DNA of 41,320 bases from an uncultured Streptomycetaceae bacterium (GCA_964433375.1 CAYSRR010000002.1:1-41320); one strand, 5' to 3'. Positions 1 through 11,353 are shown, counted from the first letter of the stretch. Notes: generated by a model from the letters alone, not told the origin. Program-made: numbers and translations.

Positions 1-1
1 C

Positions 2-463
2 CACGCGTTCCAGGAGGCGCTGCCCTTCACCGCGCTGCTGGTCGTGTTCTTCGCCATCGTGGCCATGATCCACGACCAGCACCTGCTGGGGCCGATCTTC
101 AGCCGCGTGCTCGAACTGCCCCGCGAAGTGCAGCCGACGGCGGTCTTCATCGTGAACGGCATCCTGTCGCTGGTGACCGAGAACGTGTTCATCGCCACCG
201 TGTTCATCAACGAGGTGACCGACGCCCTCAAGAACGGCGCCATCGACCGCGCCCAGTTCGATCTGCTGGCGGTCGCGGTCAATACCGGCACGAACATCCC
301 GAGCGTCGCCACGCCCAACGGCCAGGCGGCTTTCCTGTTCCTGCTCACCTCGGCGCTGGCGCCGCTGATCCGCCTGTCTTACATGCGCATGGTCGTGATG
401 GCGCTGCCTTACACCGTGACGATGACGGTAACCGGCTTTCTGGCCGTCGTTTACCTGCTGTAA
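2..463 (+). CDS. C-terminal fragment of a polytopic membrane transporter, NhaB-like Na+/H+ antiporter (5' end outside window)
   Basis: ORF is open from the window edge. The hydrophobic C-terminus ([23 protein letters not shown]) resembles NhaB-family C-termini. The family call is from memory only. Confidence 0.55.
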   Translation, partial: HAFQEALPFTALLVVFFAIVAMIHDQHLLGPIFSRVLELPREVQPTAVFIVNGILSLVTENVFIATVFINEVTDALKNGAIDRAQFDLLAVAVNTGTNIPSVATPNGQAAFLFLLTSALAPLIRLSYMRMVVMALPYTVTMTVTGFLAVVYLL

Positions 464-591
464 CCACGACTCGCGCCGTTTCGCGGAAAGGCGCGCGCTT
501 CGCGTTTTTCCGCGAATGCGGCCGGGCGTGAACCGGGTCACGGCACTTTTTCGCGATTGCCTGGTCTATGACGGGAGACTAATCTCTCCCC

Positions 592-2046
592 ATGCCGGTT
601 TATTACCCCCGTTCCTTCCCGAGGCTGCTCGCGGTCGGCTTCACGCTGGTCGCGCTGCCGCTGGTGTTCGCGCTGATCAACAACGCGATCTCGGTGGACC
701 GGCTCGCCAACCGCAGCCAGAACGCGGTGTACCAGGCGGTGCAGGCCACGCAGGCGAGCAGGCGCCTGGCGCAACTGCTGCGCGCGCTGGAGCGCAATGC
801 GAACCAGATCGTGATACTCGATGACCGCTCGCTGCTCGACGCCTATGGCGCGAACCGCCGGCAGTTCGAGCAGACGCTGGTGGAGTTTTCCCTTCTGCCG
901 CTGGGCGTGGAACAAAAGAACGTGCTCGACGAAATGGCCAGGGCGGAAGCGGCCATATTTTCGGAACTGACCGCGCCCGGCGTGAAAGGCGCGCAGCTGA
1001 AGGGCGCGCTCGGGCGATTCGAGCAGCTGGCCGAGCAGGCGCAGGCCATCGTGGTGAGCTCGAACGCCAGGATCGACCGCGAAGTCGAGTCGATGCGCGC
1101 CACCGCGGACCAGGCCCAGCGCATCACGTTCTGGCAGCTGCTGGCGCTGATTCCGGTGGTGGTGTTCATGGTGGTCGGTTTCTCCATACTCACCACGCGC
1201 CCCATCCGGCAGGTGGATGCCGCGATACGCCGGCTCGGCTCCGGGCAGCTGCGCGTTCCCGTGACCGTCAGCGGGCCGCAGGACCTGGAGCAACTGGGCG
1301 AGCGGCTGGAGTGGATGCGGCGCGAGCTGCTCGACCTGGAAGAGCAGAAGAACCGCTTCCTGCGCCAGGTTTCGCACGAGCTTAAAACGCCGCTCACCGC
1401 GTTGCGCGAAGGCGCCGAGCTGCTCTCCGAGGAGGCGGTGGGCAAGCTCACGGCCGAGCAGAGGGAAATCGCTGAAATCCTGCGCCATAACAGCGTAGAA
1501 TTGCAGAAGCTGATCGAAGACCTGCTGTCCTTCGGCGCGAGCCAGTTCCGCAAGGTGACGGTGGACCTGGAGCCGGTGGAAGTCCGTCGTGTCGTCGAGC
1601 GCGTGGTTGCCGACCAGCGGCTGGCGGCCCGGGCGCGCGGTCTGACGCTCGACGCCGCGGCCGAAGACGTCCTGCTGCCTGCGGACCCGGAAAAACTGCG
1701 CGTCGTGCTCGACAACCTGATATCGAATGCGATCAAGTTCTCCCCCGAGGGCGGACGGATATCGGTCGCCGCGCGCCTCGACGGGGACGTCCTCGAGCTG
1801 GACGTGATCGACCGGGGACCCGGCATCCCGGCCGCCGAGCGCGTGCGCATTTTCGACCCTTTCTACCAGGGCAGGCATTCCGGCGCGGGCCCGGTGCGCG
1901 GCACCGGCATCGGCCTCTCGGTGGTGAAGGAATACGTGTTTGCCCATGGCGGCAGCGTGGAGGTCATGGACAGCCGGCAGGGCGCGCACATGCGCATCCG
2001 CCTGCCGATGACCCGCACGGAAACGGATACGGAGGCGGCGGCGTGA
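592..2046 (+). CDS. glrK: Sensor histidine kinase GlrK/QseE-type
   Basis: 484 aa. N-terminal YPRSFPRL plus TM, second TM plus HAMP, H-box FLRQVSHELKTPLTALREGAELL, G-boxes DRGPGI and GTGIGLS. Same architecture and gene order (kinase-lipoprotein-sigma54 regulator) as E. coli glrK-yfhG-glrR. Confidence 0.85.
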   Translation: MPVYYPRSFPRLLAVGFTLVALPLVFALINNAISVDRLANRSQNAVYQAVQATQASRRLAQLLRALERNANQIVILDDRSLLDAYGANRRQFEQTLVEFSLLPLGVEQKNVLDEMARAEAAIFSELTAPGVKGAQLKGALGRFEQLAEQAQAIVVSSNARIDREVESMRATADQAQRITFWQLLALIPVVVFMVVGFSILTTRPIRQVDAAIRRLGSGQLRVPVTVSGPQDLEQLGERLEWMRRELLDLEEQKNRFLRQVSHELKTPLTALREGAELLSEEAVGKLTAEQREIAEILRHNSVELQKLIEDLLSFGASQFRKVTVDLEPVEVRRVVERVVADQRLAARARGLTLDAAAEDVLLPADPEKLRVVLDNLISNAIKFSPEGGRISVAARLDGDVLELDVIDRGPGIPAAERVRIFDPFYQGRHSGAGPVRGTGIGLSVVKEYVFAHGGSVEVMDSRQGAHMRIRLPMTRTETDTEAAA

Positions 2047-2521
2047 GGATGCGGCTGACGGCCATCGCGATTGCCGCCGGCGTGCTTGCCGGCTGCGGCA
2101 CTCTCGGCACCGAGAGCCGGCCGCCCGCGCCCTGGGTGCAGGCCGACGTCACCCCGCCTGTTTCGGAGACCGAAAGCCTGCTGCTTTACTACCAGCACGC
2201 GAGGAAGCTCGCGGGCGCGGAGCTTGGCAGGGAACACGATATGGCGCGCCAGGCCTTTGCGCGCGCGCGGTCGGATTTCAATCGCGTGCGCTACGCCATG
2301 CTGCTTTCCCTGCCCGGCGCCCCCTTCGGCGACGAGGCGCGCGCGCTGGAGCTGTTCGATCCCGTCTCGAAGAACCCGAATGGCCGGCTGAGCGGGCTCG
2401 CACAACTGATGATTTCGCAGTTACAAGAACGCAAACGGCTGGACACGAACGCGCAGGGGCTGCAGCAGAAACTCGACGCATTGAGATCCCTTGAACGCAA
2501 CCTCATCGAACGGAAAAGATA

Positions 2522-2522
<1 letters not shown>
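2043..2522 (+). CDS. qseG: QseG/YfhG-like lipoprotein encoded between kinase and regulator
   Basis: GTG start overlaps the glrK stop (GTGA), with GGAGG 7 nt upstream. Signal peptide with lipobox LAGC. Coiled C-terminus. Position is identical to yfhG in the E. coli glrK operon. Confidence 0.65.
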
Positions 2523-3883
<1,361 letters not shown>

Positions 3884-3910
3884 ATCCGGACATCGCGCCG
3901 CAGCGCGATG

Positions 3911-4040
3911 CCGGTTTAACCGCTCGCGTTCGAACGGGCGGTTCCCGCCGTTCAACGCTCGCTTCGGACGTCACGGCGTCCGTGGAACCGGTTTAGCTGC
4001 TCGCGTTCGAGCCGGCGACTCCCGCCGCTCAACGCTCGCT
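3911..4040. repeat. Two imperfect ~53-nt copies spaced 77 bp apart, each an internal near-palindrome
   Basis: ccggtttaaccgctcgcgttcgaacgggcggttcccgccgttcaacgctcgct (3911-3963) versus ccggtttagctgctcgcgttcgagccggcgactcccgccgctcaacgctcgct (3988-4040). Confidence 0.8.
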
Positions 4041-4167
4041 GTCGTTCATCTCGCGCCCCGGGAGCGGTTGTCCAGGCGATCCCCGGATCAAAACGCGCCC
4101 TCCGGCGCATCGCCGAAGCGGAGCCTTTCCTTTCCGACTGCCGCTGTGCGTCGCATCGGGCGCGTTT

Positions 4168-4185
4168 TGTCGCTGCCCCGCGACA
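4168..4185. promoter_or_regulatory. Candidate GlrR enhancer box TGTC-N10-GACA
   Basis: tgtc gctgccccgc gaca is an exact match to the TGTCN10GACA motif reported for E. coli GlrR at glmY. It lies 136 bp upstream of the -24 element. Confidence 0.5.
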
Positions 4186-4232
4186 GGAAAACCCCTGCCG
4201 AATCACGCCGCTAAGCCTGCCGTGACATCGGT

Positions 4233-4250
4233 TGTTGCCGGGCGGCGACA
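4233..4250. promoter_or_regulatory. Second, half-degenerate GlrR-like box TGTT-N10-GACA
   Basis: tgtt gccgggcggc gaca, 65 bp downstream of the first box and 54 bp upstream of the -24 element. Confidence 0.35.
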
Positions 4251-4303
4251 GACCAGCTGGAGGGGGTCGTCCTAACCAGTTGATTACAAGTAAATAAATG
4301 ACT

Positions 4304-4318
4304 TGGCATGGAGGTTGC
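4304..4318 (+). promoter_or_regulatory. Sigma54 (-24/-12) promoter
   Basis: TGGCATGGAGGTTGC gives GG-N10-GC spacing and fits YTGGCACGR-N3-TTGCW. An AT-rich tract (attacaagtaaataaatga) lies immediately upstream. The next gene starts at 4457. Confidence 0.7.
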
Positions 4319-4456
4319 GCTACCTCCCATGAGCACGAGCTCGTGTTCGTTATTTTCTTGTGTCCAAGGAAAGGAGCGAGACATGAGCTGAAGCATGGCG
4401 CGGCCGGGTGCGCATCGCCCGGTCGCGTTTCAAGGGAGAAAAAGGAGGGATGCAAC

Positions 4457-5038
4457 ATGGCAACGGTTGATTCAGTGGGCAGCACGATGCAGAAGCGTTC
4501 CGGAATACTGTATCCCGTGATGGTGATTGCCGCGATCGCGCTGATCGTCTTCAGCGTGGTAGGCATCGCCACGATGATGGGATGGATGCCGACGGCGGCT
4601 TCGAAGATGGACCCGACGGAGCAACCCGTTAAGGCGGCGCCCGCGCCCGCGAAAGCGGCGGCGCCTGCCCGGCCGCGCCTGGCCGCCAATGCGCCGGCCG
4701 CCTGTCATGACTGCGGCGTGATCGAGTCGATCCGCGCGGTCGAGGTGAAAGGCGAGGGCAGCGGCGTCGGCGCCATCGGCGGCGCCGTGGTCGGCGGCGT
4801 CCTCGGCAACCAGGTCGGCCGCGGCAGCGGTCGCACCGTCGCCACCGTCGTTGGCGCCGGCGCCGGCGCTTACGCGGGGCACGAGATCGAGAAGAACGTC
4901 AAGAAGGCCGTCAGCTACCAGGTGCGCGTGCGCATGAACGACGGCACCTACCGCACCTACTACGAGAGCAGCCAGCCGGCACTGGCTATCGGTCAGAAGG
5001 TGCGCGTGACCGAGCAAGGCGTTATCGCGGCCGGCTAG
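4457..5038 (+). CDS. Glycine-zipper 2TM (SlyB/Rick_17kDa_Anti-like) membrane protein
   Basis: ATG with AGGAGG 8 nt upstream. N-terminal TM, Ala/Pro linker, glycine zipper GVGAIGGAVVGGVLGNQVGRGSG...VVGAGAGAYAG, then a beta-rich tail. The upstream part of ORF 4298.. is rejected. Confidence 0.8.
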   Translation: MATVDSVGSTMQKRSGILYPVMVIAAIALIVFSVVGIATMMGWMPTAASKMDPTEQPVKAAPAPAKAAAPARPRLAANAPAACHDCGVIESIRAVEVKGEGSGVGAIGGAVVGGVLGNQVGRGSGRTVATVVGAGAGAYAGHEIEKNVKKAVSYQVRVRMNDGTYRTYYESSQPALAIGQKVRVTEQGVIAAG

Positions 5039-5111
5039 CCGGCAGGGCGGGCGAGGGAGGCGCCCGCCAGCAGCATCGAGCATGGTTCGCCCGACCTCCC
5101 CGGGCGGGCCG

Positions 5112-5142
5112 GCGCGCCGCCGTGGCCACGGCGGCGCGTTTT
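5112..5142 (+). terminator. Intrinsic terminator after the glycine-zipper gene
   Basis: gcgcgccgccgtgg/ccacggcggcgcg perfect GC stem followed by TTTT. Confidence 0.6.
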
Positions 5143-5160
5143 ACCGGGAGGAAGAAAATC

Positions 5161-5460
5161 ATGAGCACCATCAGCCACGGCCGCGTCAAGCGGATTACCG
5201 CCGAGTTCAGGGGGGACGAGGCGGTCGAGATCGACATACTGGAAGTCATGCTGCGCATGGGCGAGGTTTCCCGCACGCGCATCGAATGCGATACCAAGCT
5301 CGCGCGGCTGGCGCTGAAGGCGCTCGACCGGGCGATCGCCGACTACTCCGCGCGCACCGGGCAGCGCTATCCCAGCTACACTGTGCTCGAGAGATTTATC
5401 GAGGAGCGCGAGGCGGGCGCCCAGGCCGAGCCGGCGCGCGTCGTCAGCCTGCAGAAATGA
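5161..5460 (+). CDS. Hypothetical protein (99 aa)
   Basis: ATG preceded by GGGAGGAAG. No recognisable motif. Stop overlaps a possible start of the next ORF (ATGA). Confidence 0.5.
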   Translation: MSTISHGRVKRITAEFRGDEAVEIDILEVMLRMGEVSRTRIECDTKLARLALKALDRAIADYSARTGQRYPSYTVLERFIEEREAGAQAEPARVVSLQK

Positions 5461-5477
5461 CCGGGGAGCGAGACAGC

Positions 5478-5732
5478 ATGAGGACGATCGACCGGATGCG
5501 GCTCGGCGTTGTGGCACTGGCGGCCGGCCTGGTTGCGGGATGCGGCTCGGCGCCGGAACCGAAGGCGCGCGTCGTCAACCAGAGCGGCTATTCCGACACC
5601 TTCAAACAGGGTTATAGCGAGGGCTGCGAGAGCGCGGGCGGGCGCCAGCGGCGCAACGAGAGCCGCTACAAGACCGAAGTCGACTACATGATCGGGTGGA
5701 ACGACGGCTACAGCGCATGTCGACGCCGATAG
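5478..5732 (+). CDS. Small lipoprotein
   Basis: MRTIDRMRLGVVALAAGLVAGC has a signal peptide and lipobox. An alternative start exists at 5457. Confidence 0.55.
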   Translation: MRTIDRMRLGVVALAAGLVAGCGSAPEPKARVVNQSGYSDTFKQGYSEGCESAGGRQRRNESRYKTEVDYMIGWNDGYSACRRR

Positions 5733-5846
5733 CGTCGACATAATGAAAATCTGAAATTATTTAGGGAATGCGGCGCAACAGAGTGTCCTGGAACGGTTGC
5801 GATTGCCCGGCCAATGACACAGCTTGCTGCGCGGTGCCGCATTCCC

Positions 5847-7964
5847 TCAGCCTTTGACGCGCGATATCCGGACGACCTCGGGCACGCGCCGCAGCCCGCG
5901 CATGACGCTGGCGAGGTGCAGGCGGTTGGAGACCTGCAGCGTGAAGAACATGTTGGTGTAGCTGCTGCCGTCCTCGGGATCCACCGCCACGTTCTGGATG
6001 TTGGAGCCCGCTTCCGCGATCTCCGCCGCCACCTTGGCGAGCACGCCGCGCTGGTTCGCCACCACCAGCTTGATGTTGACCTCGAACAGCTTGCGCGTCT
6101 CGGGGTCCCACGCCACATCGAGCACGCGATCCGGGTCGTGGCGCGCCTTGGCGATGACCGGGCAGTCGTGGGTGTGGATCACCATGCCCTGGCCTTTGCT
6201 GATCACGCCGATGATGGGGTCGCCGGGGATCGGCCGGCAGCACTGGGCGAACTGCACCGCCATGCCTTCCGAGCCGCGGATGATCACCGAGCCGGGGATG
6301 AGCGCTTCGTGCGGGCCGGGCTCGCCGCGCGACAGGAGCTGCCTCGCCACGACCGCGGCCAGCCGCTTGCCGAGGCCGATGTCGGCGAAGACTTCCTGGC
6401 GCGACTTGGCGCCGGCATCGCGCGCGAGCTTGTCCCATTGGGCGTCCTTGATTTCCGCGGAGGGAGTCCCGAGCGCGGCGAGCGCCTGCCCGAGCAGGCG
6501 CTCGCCCAGCTTCGCCGATTCCTGGAAGTGCATGGTCTTGAGGAAATGCCGGATGCGCGAGCGCGCCTTTCCGGTCGAGACGAAATTCAGCCACAACGGG
6601 TTGGGCTTGGCGTGCGCCGCGGTGATGATTTCCACCCGGTCGCCGTTCTTCAGTTCGGAGCGCAGCGGCACGAGCTCATGGTTGATCTTCACCGCGACGC
6701 AGCGGTTGCCGATGTCGGTGTGCACGGCGTAGGCGAAGTCCACCGCGGTCGCGCCGCGCGGCAGCGACAGAATCTTGCCCTTGGGCGTGAACACGTAGAC
6801 CTCGTCCGGGAACAGGTCGACCTTGAGATGCTCGAGGAACTCGGCCGAGTCGCCGGACTGCGACTGGATCTCGAGCAGGCTCTGCAGCCACTGGTGCGTC
6901 TTCTTCTGCAGGTCGGAGAGCGAGGTGTCGGCGTCCTTGTAGAGCCAGTGCGAGGCCACGCCGGCTTCCGCGATCTTGTGCATCTCCCGGGTGCGGATCT
7001 GCACCTCGATCGGCGTGCCGAACGGGCCGAACAGCGTGGTGTGCAGAGACTGGTAGCCGTTCGCCTTGGGGATGGCGATGTAGTCCTTGAACTTGCCCGG
7101 GATCGGCTTGTAGAGGCCGTGCAGCGCGCCCAGCGCGAGATAGCAGGCCGGCACGTCGTTGACGATGATGCGGAAGCCGTAGACGTCGAGCACCTGCGCG
7201 AACGTGAGGTGCTTCTCGCGCATCTTGCGGTAGATCGAGTGCAGGTGCTTCTCGCGCCCCAGCGCCTGGGCTTCCACCCCGGCGCTCTTCAGCCTCTTCT
7301 TGACGCCGTCGAGCACCTTGCCCACCACCTCGCGCCGGTTGCCGCGCGCCGATTTCACCGCCTTGGCGAGCACGCGGAAGCGGTCGGGGTAGAGATGCTG
7401 CAACGCGAGATCCTCGAGCTCCTGGTAGATGCTGTTCAGGCCCAGGCGGTTGGCGATCGGGGCGTAGATGTCGAGCGTCTCGCGCGCGATGCGGCGGCGC
7501 TTCTCGGGCGCGACCGCGTCGAGCGTCCTCATGTTGTGCAGCCGGTCGGCGAGCTTGATCAGGATAACGCGCACGTCGCGCGCCATGGCCAGCAGCATCT
7601 TGCGGAAGTTCTCGGCCTGCGCTTCCGCGTGGGACTCGAACTCGATCTTGTCGAGCTTGGAAACGCCGTCGACCAGCTCGGCGACCGGTTTGCCGAAAGC
7701 GCGGGAGATCTCGGTCTTGGTGACCGAGGTGTCCTCCATCACGTCATGAAGGAGGGCGGCGGTGAGCGCCTGCGAGTCGAGGTGCCAGTCGGCGAGGATG
7801 CTGGCGACCGCGAGCGGATGCGAAATGTAAGGCTCGCCCGACTGGCGGAACTGCCCCTCATGCGCCTGCTCGCTGAAATGGTAGGCCGACTGGAGCTGCG
7901 AGATATCCTCCGGCTTGAGGTAGCCGGACCACTCCTTGAACAGGGCGGGAGCGGCGGTGGACAC
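5847..7964 (-). CDS. spoT: Bifunctional (p)ppGpp synthetase/hydrolase SpoT/RelA family
   Basis: 705 aa. HD hydrolase motif HPLAVA...LLHDVMEDT, RelA_SpoT synthetase region, TGS and ACT C-terminal domains. Lies downstream of rpoZ as in many proteobacteria. Confidence 0.95.
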   Translation of the reverse strand: MSTAAPALFKEWSGYLKPEDISQLQSAYHFSEQAHEGQFRQSGEPYISHPLAVASILADWHLDSQALTAALLHDVMEDTSVTKTEISRAFGKPVAELVDGVSKLDKIEFESHAEAQAENFRKMLLAMARDVRVILIKLADRLHNMRTLDAVAPEKRRRIARETLDIYAPIANRLGLNSIYQELEDLALQHLYPDRFRVLAKAVKSARGNRREVVGKVLDGVKKRLKSAGVEAQALGREKHLHSIYRKMREKHLTFAQVLDVYGFRIIVNDVPACYLALGALHGLYKPIPGKFKDYIAIPKANGYQSLHTTLFGPFGTPIEVQIRTREMHKIAEAGVASHWLYKDADTSLSDLQKKTHQWLQSLLEIQSQSGDSAEFLEHLKVDLFPDEVYVFTPKGKILSLPRGATAVDFAYAVHTDIGNRCVAVKINHELVPLRSELKNGDRVEIITAAHAKPNPLWLNFVSTGKARSRIRHFLKTMHFQESAKLGERLLGQALAALGTPSAEIKDAQWDKLARDAGAKSRQEVFADIGLGKRLAAVVARQLLSRGEPGPHEALIPGSVIIRGSEGMAVQFAQCCRPIPGDPIIGVISKGQGMVIHTHDCPVIAKARHDPDRVLDVAWDPETRKLFEVNIKLVVANQRGVLAKVAAEIAEAGSNIQNVAVDPEDGSSYTNMFFTLQVSNRLHLASVMRGLRRVPEVVRISRVKG

Positions 7965-7972
7965 GGCCTGTT

Positions 7973-8064
7973 AAGGCGGAAGGCGGAAGGCGGAAGGCAA
8001 AAGTGTAAGACACTCCGCCATCGCGGGCCCTTCCTTCATCCTTCTGCCTTCATCCTTCTGCCTT
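7973..8064. repeat. Simple-repeat hairpin element (GGCGGAA / TTCTGCC arms) between rpoZ and spoT
   Basis: Left arm aaggcggaaggcggaaggcggaaggc. Right arm ccttccttcatccttctgccttcatccttctgcctt. The arms are partly complementary. Confidence 0.8.
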
Positions 8065-8068
8065 GAAG

Positions 8069-8278
8069 TTACGTGGTGGGCGTGCGGTTGAGTATCTCGG
8101 TGCCGTACTTGCCGGCGGCGAGCTCGCGCAGGGCGATGACGGTGGGCTTGTCGCGGCTCGAGTCCAGCATCGGCTGCGCGCCGTTGGCGAGCTGGCGCGC
8201 GCGGAAGGTCGCGGCGAGCGACATCTCGAAGCGGTTGGGGATGACTTTCAGGCAGTCGTCGACGGTGATGCGTGCCAT
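8069..8278 (-). CDS. rpoZ: RNA polymerase omega subunit
   Basis: [30 protein letters not shown] is a canonical RpoZ N-terminus. Confidence 0.95.
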   Translation of the reverse strand: MARITVDDCLKVIPNRFEMSLAATFRARQLANGAQPMLDSSRDKPTVIALRELAAGKYGTEILNRTPTT

Positions 8279-8293
8279 GGATGCGGGCTCCGG

Positions 8294-8899
8294 TTACTTC
8301 ATGCGGTTGATCGTGTCGCTGTGGCGGTCGAGCTGGCGGGCAGCCTTGAGCCGTTCGGCCCGGACGATACTGCGCAGATCCAGCGCCGCCCGGTTGAAAT
8401 CCTCGTTCATCATAACATAGTCGTACTCGGCGGCATGGCCGATCTCCTCGCGGGCGGCCGCGAGCCGCCGCGCGACCGTCTCCGCGCTGTCCTGCGCGCG
8501 CCCCTTCAGCCGGGCTTCCAGCACGTCCAGCGACGGCGGCAGGATGAAGATGGTCACCGCGCGCATCAGCTTGCGCACCTGTTGCGCCCCCTGCCAGTCG
8601 ATCTCGAGCAGCACGTCGCGCCCGGCCGCCTGCTCTGCCTCGATCCACTTCTGGGAGGTGCCGTAGCGGTTGCCGTAGATCACCGCGCTCTCCAGGAACT
8701 CGCCGGCTTCCAGCCGGCGCTCGAACTCGGGCGGCGTGACGAAATGATAGTCGCGCCCGTCGACCTCGCCCGGCCGCGCCGGCCGCGTGGTGTACGACAC
8801 CGATAGCCTGACGTCGGGCTCGGCCTCGAGCAGCGTCCTGACCAGGCTCGTCTTGCCGCCGCCGGAAGGGGCGCTGATGATGAACAAAATACCGTTCAT
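8294..8899 (-). CDS. gmk: Guanylate kinase
   Basis: P-loop SAPSGGGKTSL, YHFV motif. The ATG at 8899 is preferred over the TTG at 8920, which would overlap yicC. Confidence 0.9.
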   Translation of the reverse strand: MNGILFIISAPSGGGKTSLVRTLLEAEPDVRLSVSYTTRPARPGEVDGRDYHFVTPPEFERRLEAGEFLESAVIYGNRYGTSQKWIEAEQAAGRDVLLEIDWQGAQQVRKLMRAVTIFILPPSLDVLEARLKGRAQDSAETVARRLAAAREEIGHAAEYDYVMMNEDFNRAALDLRSIVRAERLKAARQLDRHSDTINRMK

Positions 8900-8912
8900 A
8901 CAGGCGCATTCA

Positions 8913-9779
8913 TCATTCAATGTTTTGTATTTGTTCCCGCATCTGCTCGATGAGGAGCTTGAGGTCGAGGGCGGCCTGGGTGACGGCGAGGTCCACGGAC
9001 TTGGAGGCGAGCGTGTTCGCCTCGCGGTTCAGCTCCTGCATCAGGAAATCGAGCTGCTTGCCGACCATGCCGCCGGCGGCGAGGATGCGCTTCAGTTCCG
9101 CCACGTGCGCCGTCAGGCGCGAGAGTTCCTCGTCCACGTCGATTTTCGCGGCGAAGACCGCCACTTCCTGCCGGACCCGCTCGTCCTCGGCGCCGCCGAG
9201 CGCTTCCCTGAGCTTCAGAGCGAGCCGTTCCCGGTACGCGGCGATCGCCTGGGGAATGCGCGGGGCGGCCTCGGCCACGCGCCGCTCGACGCCGGCCACG
9301 CGCTCGAGCAGCAGCGCTTTCAGCTTGTCGCCTTCGCGCGCGCGCGCGGCGTTGAACTCTCGCAGCGCGACCACGATCATTTCCCGGCAGGCGGACTGCA
9401 TTTCTTCGAGCGGCAGCGGCTCGGTGGCGAGCACGCCCGGCCAGCGCAGCACGTCGGCCGCCGAGAGCTGCGCCGCGCCGGCGAGCATGGTGCGGACCTT
9501 GAGCTCCACTTCCTCGAGCTGCAGCATCAGCTCCTCGTTCAGCCGGAACGGCTTGCCCGTCCCCGGCGTGACGGCATAGCTCACCCGGCATTCGACCTTG
9601 CCGCGGCCGATGCCCGACTGCAGCGCCTCGCGCAGCGCGGGCTCGACGGCGCGCAGGTCGTCCGGCAGCCGGAACTGGATATCGAGGTAGCGATGGTTGA
9701 CCGAGCGCAGCTCGATGTTCAGCGTGCCGAACGGGAACTCTCTCGTCGTCGCGGCGTAGCCGGTCATGCTGTGAATCAT
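8913..9779 (-). CDS. yicC: YicC family stress-induced protein
   Basis: Start MIHSMTGYA matches E. coli YicC MIRSMTAYA. 288 aa. The long N-terminal extension of ORF 8913..10370 runs antisense to rph and is rejected. Confidence 0.9.
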   Translation of the reverse strand: MIHSMTGYAATTREFPFGTLNIELRSVNHRYLDIQFRLPDDLRAVEPALREALQSGIGRGKVECRVSYAVTPGTGKPFRLNEELMLQLEEVELKVRTMLAGAAQLSAADVLRWPGVLATEPLPLEEMQSACREMIVVALREFNAARAREGDKLKALLLERVAGVERRVAEAAPRIPQAIAAYRERLALKLREALGGAEDERVRQEVAVFAAKIDVDEELSRLTAHVAELKRILAAGGMVGKQLDFLMQELNREANTLASKSVDLAVTQAALDLKLLIEQMREQIQNIE

Positions 9780-9869
9780 TGCGGACTCATGAAGAATTGT
9801 GACGAGTGACGGACGGTCGTGAACGCAGTACCATTCCCGCTTTGATCGAGTCGGGAAGATAACATACCC

Positions 9870-10576
<707 letters not shown>

Positions 10577-10586
<10 letters not shown>

Positions 10587-10730
10587 ATTAGCCGCAGAGA
10601 CGCAAAGACGCAGAGAACTTACTGTCAGTTTTAATATTGTTTTTCTTGGCGTGCTTGGCGATCCTGGCGGTTCGATTTGAATTGAATTTTGTATCGATTT
10701 TCTTTGCGCCTCTGCGTCTTTGCGGCTAAT
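10577..10730. repeat. Nested simple-repeat hairpin element (outer GCAGAGAC type, inner CTTGGCG-type arm)
   Basis: Outer left arm aaaacctgaattagccgcagagacgcaaagacgcagagaa pairs with gattttctttgcgcctctgcgtctttgcggctaat. The loop contains ttttcttggcgtgcttggcgatcctggcgg. The rph stop codon lies inside the cctGAatt box. Confidence 0.85.
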
Positions 10731-10732
10731 TT

Positions 10733-11353
10733 ATGCGACGTTTGGTTCTGGCCAGTAACAACCCCGGCAAGCTGCGCGAGTTCCGGCAGATGCTGGCGCC
10801 GCTCGGCATGGAGATCGTGCCGCAGTCCGAGCTCGGCGTCGCCGAGGCCGAGGAGCCGCACGGCACCTTCGTCGAGAACGCGCTCGCCAAGGCGCGCCAC
10901 GCGAGCCGCGCCAGCGGCCTGCCGGCATTCGCCGACGATTCCGGCGTCTGCGTCGCCGCGCTGGACGGCGCGCCGGGCGTGCACTCGGCGCGCTACGCGA
11001 GCGACGCGCCGCCCGGCGACCGCGAGGCCCAGGACGCGGCGAACAACCGCCAGCTCCTCGCCGCGCTCGAAGGCAAGGCCGACCGGCGCGCGCACTATTA
11101 CTGCGTGATCGTGCTGGTGCGCCATGCCCGCGACCCCGAGCCGCTCATCGCCGAGGGCCGCTGGCAGGGGGAGATCATCGCCACCCCGCGCGGCACCGGC
11201 GGTTTCGGCTACGACCCCCATTTCCTGCTGCCCGCTCAGGGCCGCACTGCGGCGGAACTTATGCCCGACGAGAAGAACGCGGCGAGCCACCGCGGCCAGG
11301 CGATGCAGCGGCTGGTGGAAATGCTGGAGTACGCCGAGTATAGAGCGTCGTGA
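10733..11353 (+). CDS. rdgB: dITP/XTP pyrophosphatase (Ham1/RdgB)
   Basis: LVLASNNPGKLREF, FADDSG and GFGYDP motifs. Confidence 0.92.
   Translation: MRRLVLASNNPGKLREFRQMLAPLGMEIVPQSELGVAEAEEPHGTFVENALAKARHASRASGLPAFADDSGVCVAALDGAPGVHSARYASDAPPGDREAQDAANNRQLLAALEGKADRRAHYYCVIVLVRHARDPEPLIAEGRWQGEIIATPRGTGGFGYDPHFLLPAQGRTAAELMPDEKNAASHRGQAMQRLVEMLEYAEYRAS

Noticed and set aside
464-591. Sigma54-like GGCAC motif upstream of glrK (cacggcactttttcgcgattgc)
   Set aside because: GG-to-GC spacing is 9 or more than 12 nt rather than 10. It is not a credible -24/-12 promoter.
4298-4456. Upstream extension of the glycine-zipper ORF (start at 4298)
   Set aside because: The extension would begin inside the sigma54 promoter. 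A strong AGGAGG-N8-ATG at 4457 precedes the TM segment.
5780-5850. Long-range inverted repeat gggaatgcggc...gccgcattccc between the lipoprotein gene and spoT
   Set aside because: It is probably just a convergent-gene terminator-like stem with a ~50-nt loop. It has no tandem-repeat arms and overlaps the spoT stop, so it is not counted as a family member.
5814-8066. 750-aa ORF on the + strand
   Set aside because: It runs fully antisense to spoT, which has unambiguous HD/RelA_SpoT motifs. The translation is Arg/Ala/Gly/Leu-rich, typical of shadow ORFs in GC-rich DNA. The same reasoning applies to 2291..3955, 12711..13784, 13809..15557, 16543..18360, 19182..20297, 20660..21673, 24948..26198 and 29020..30201.
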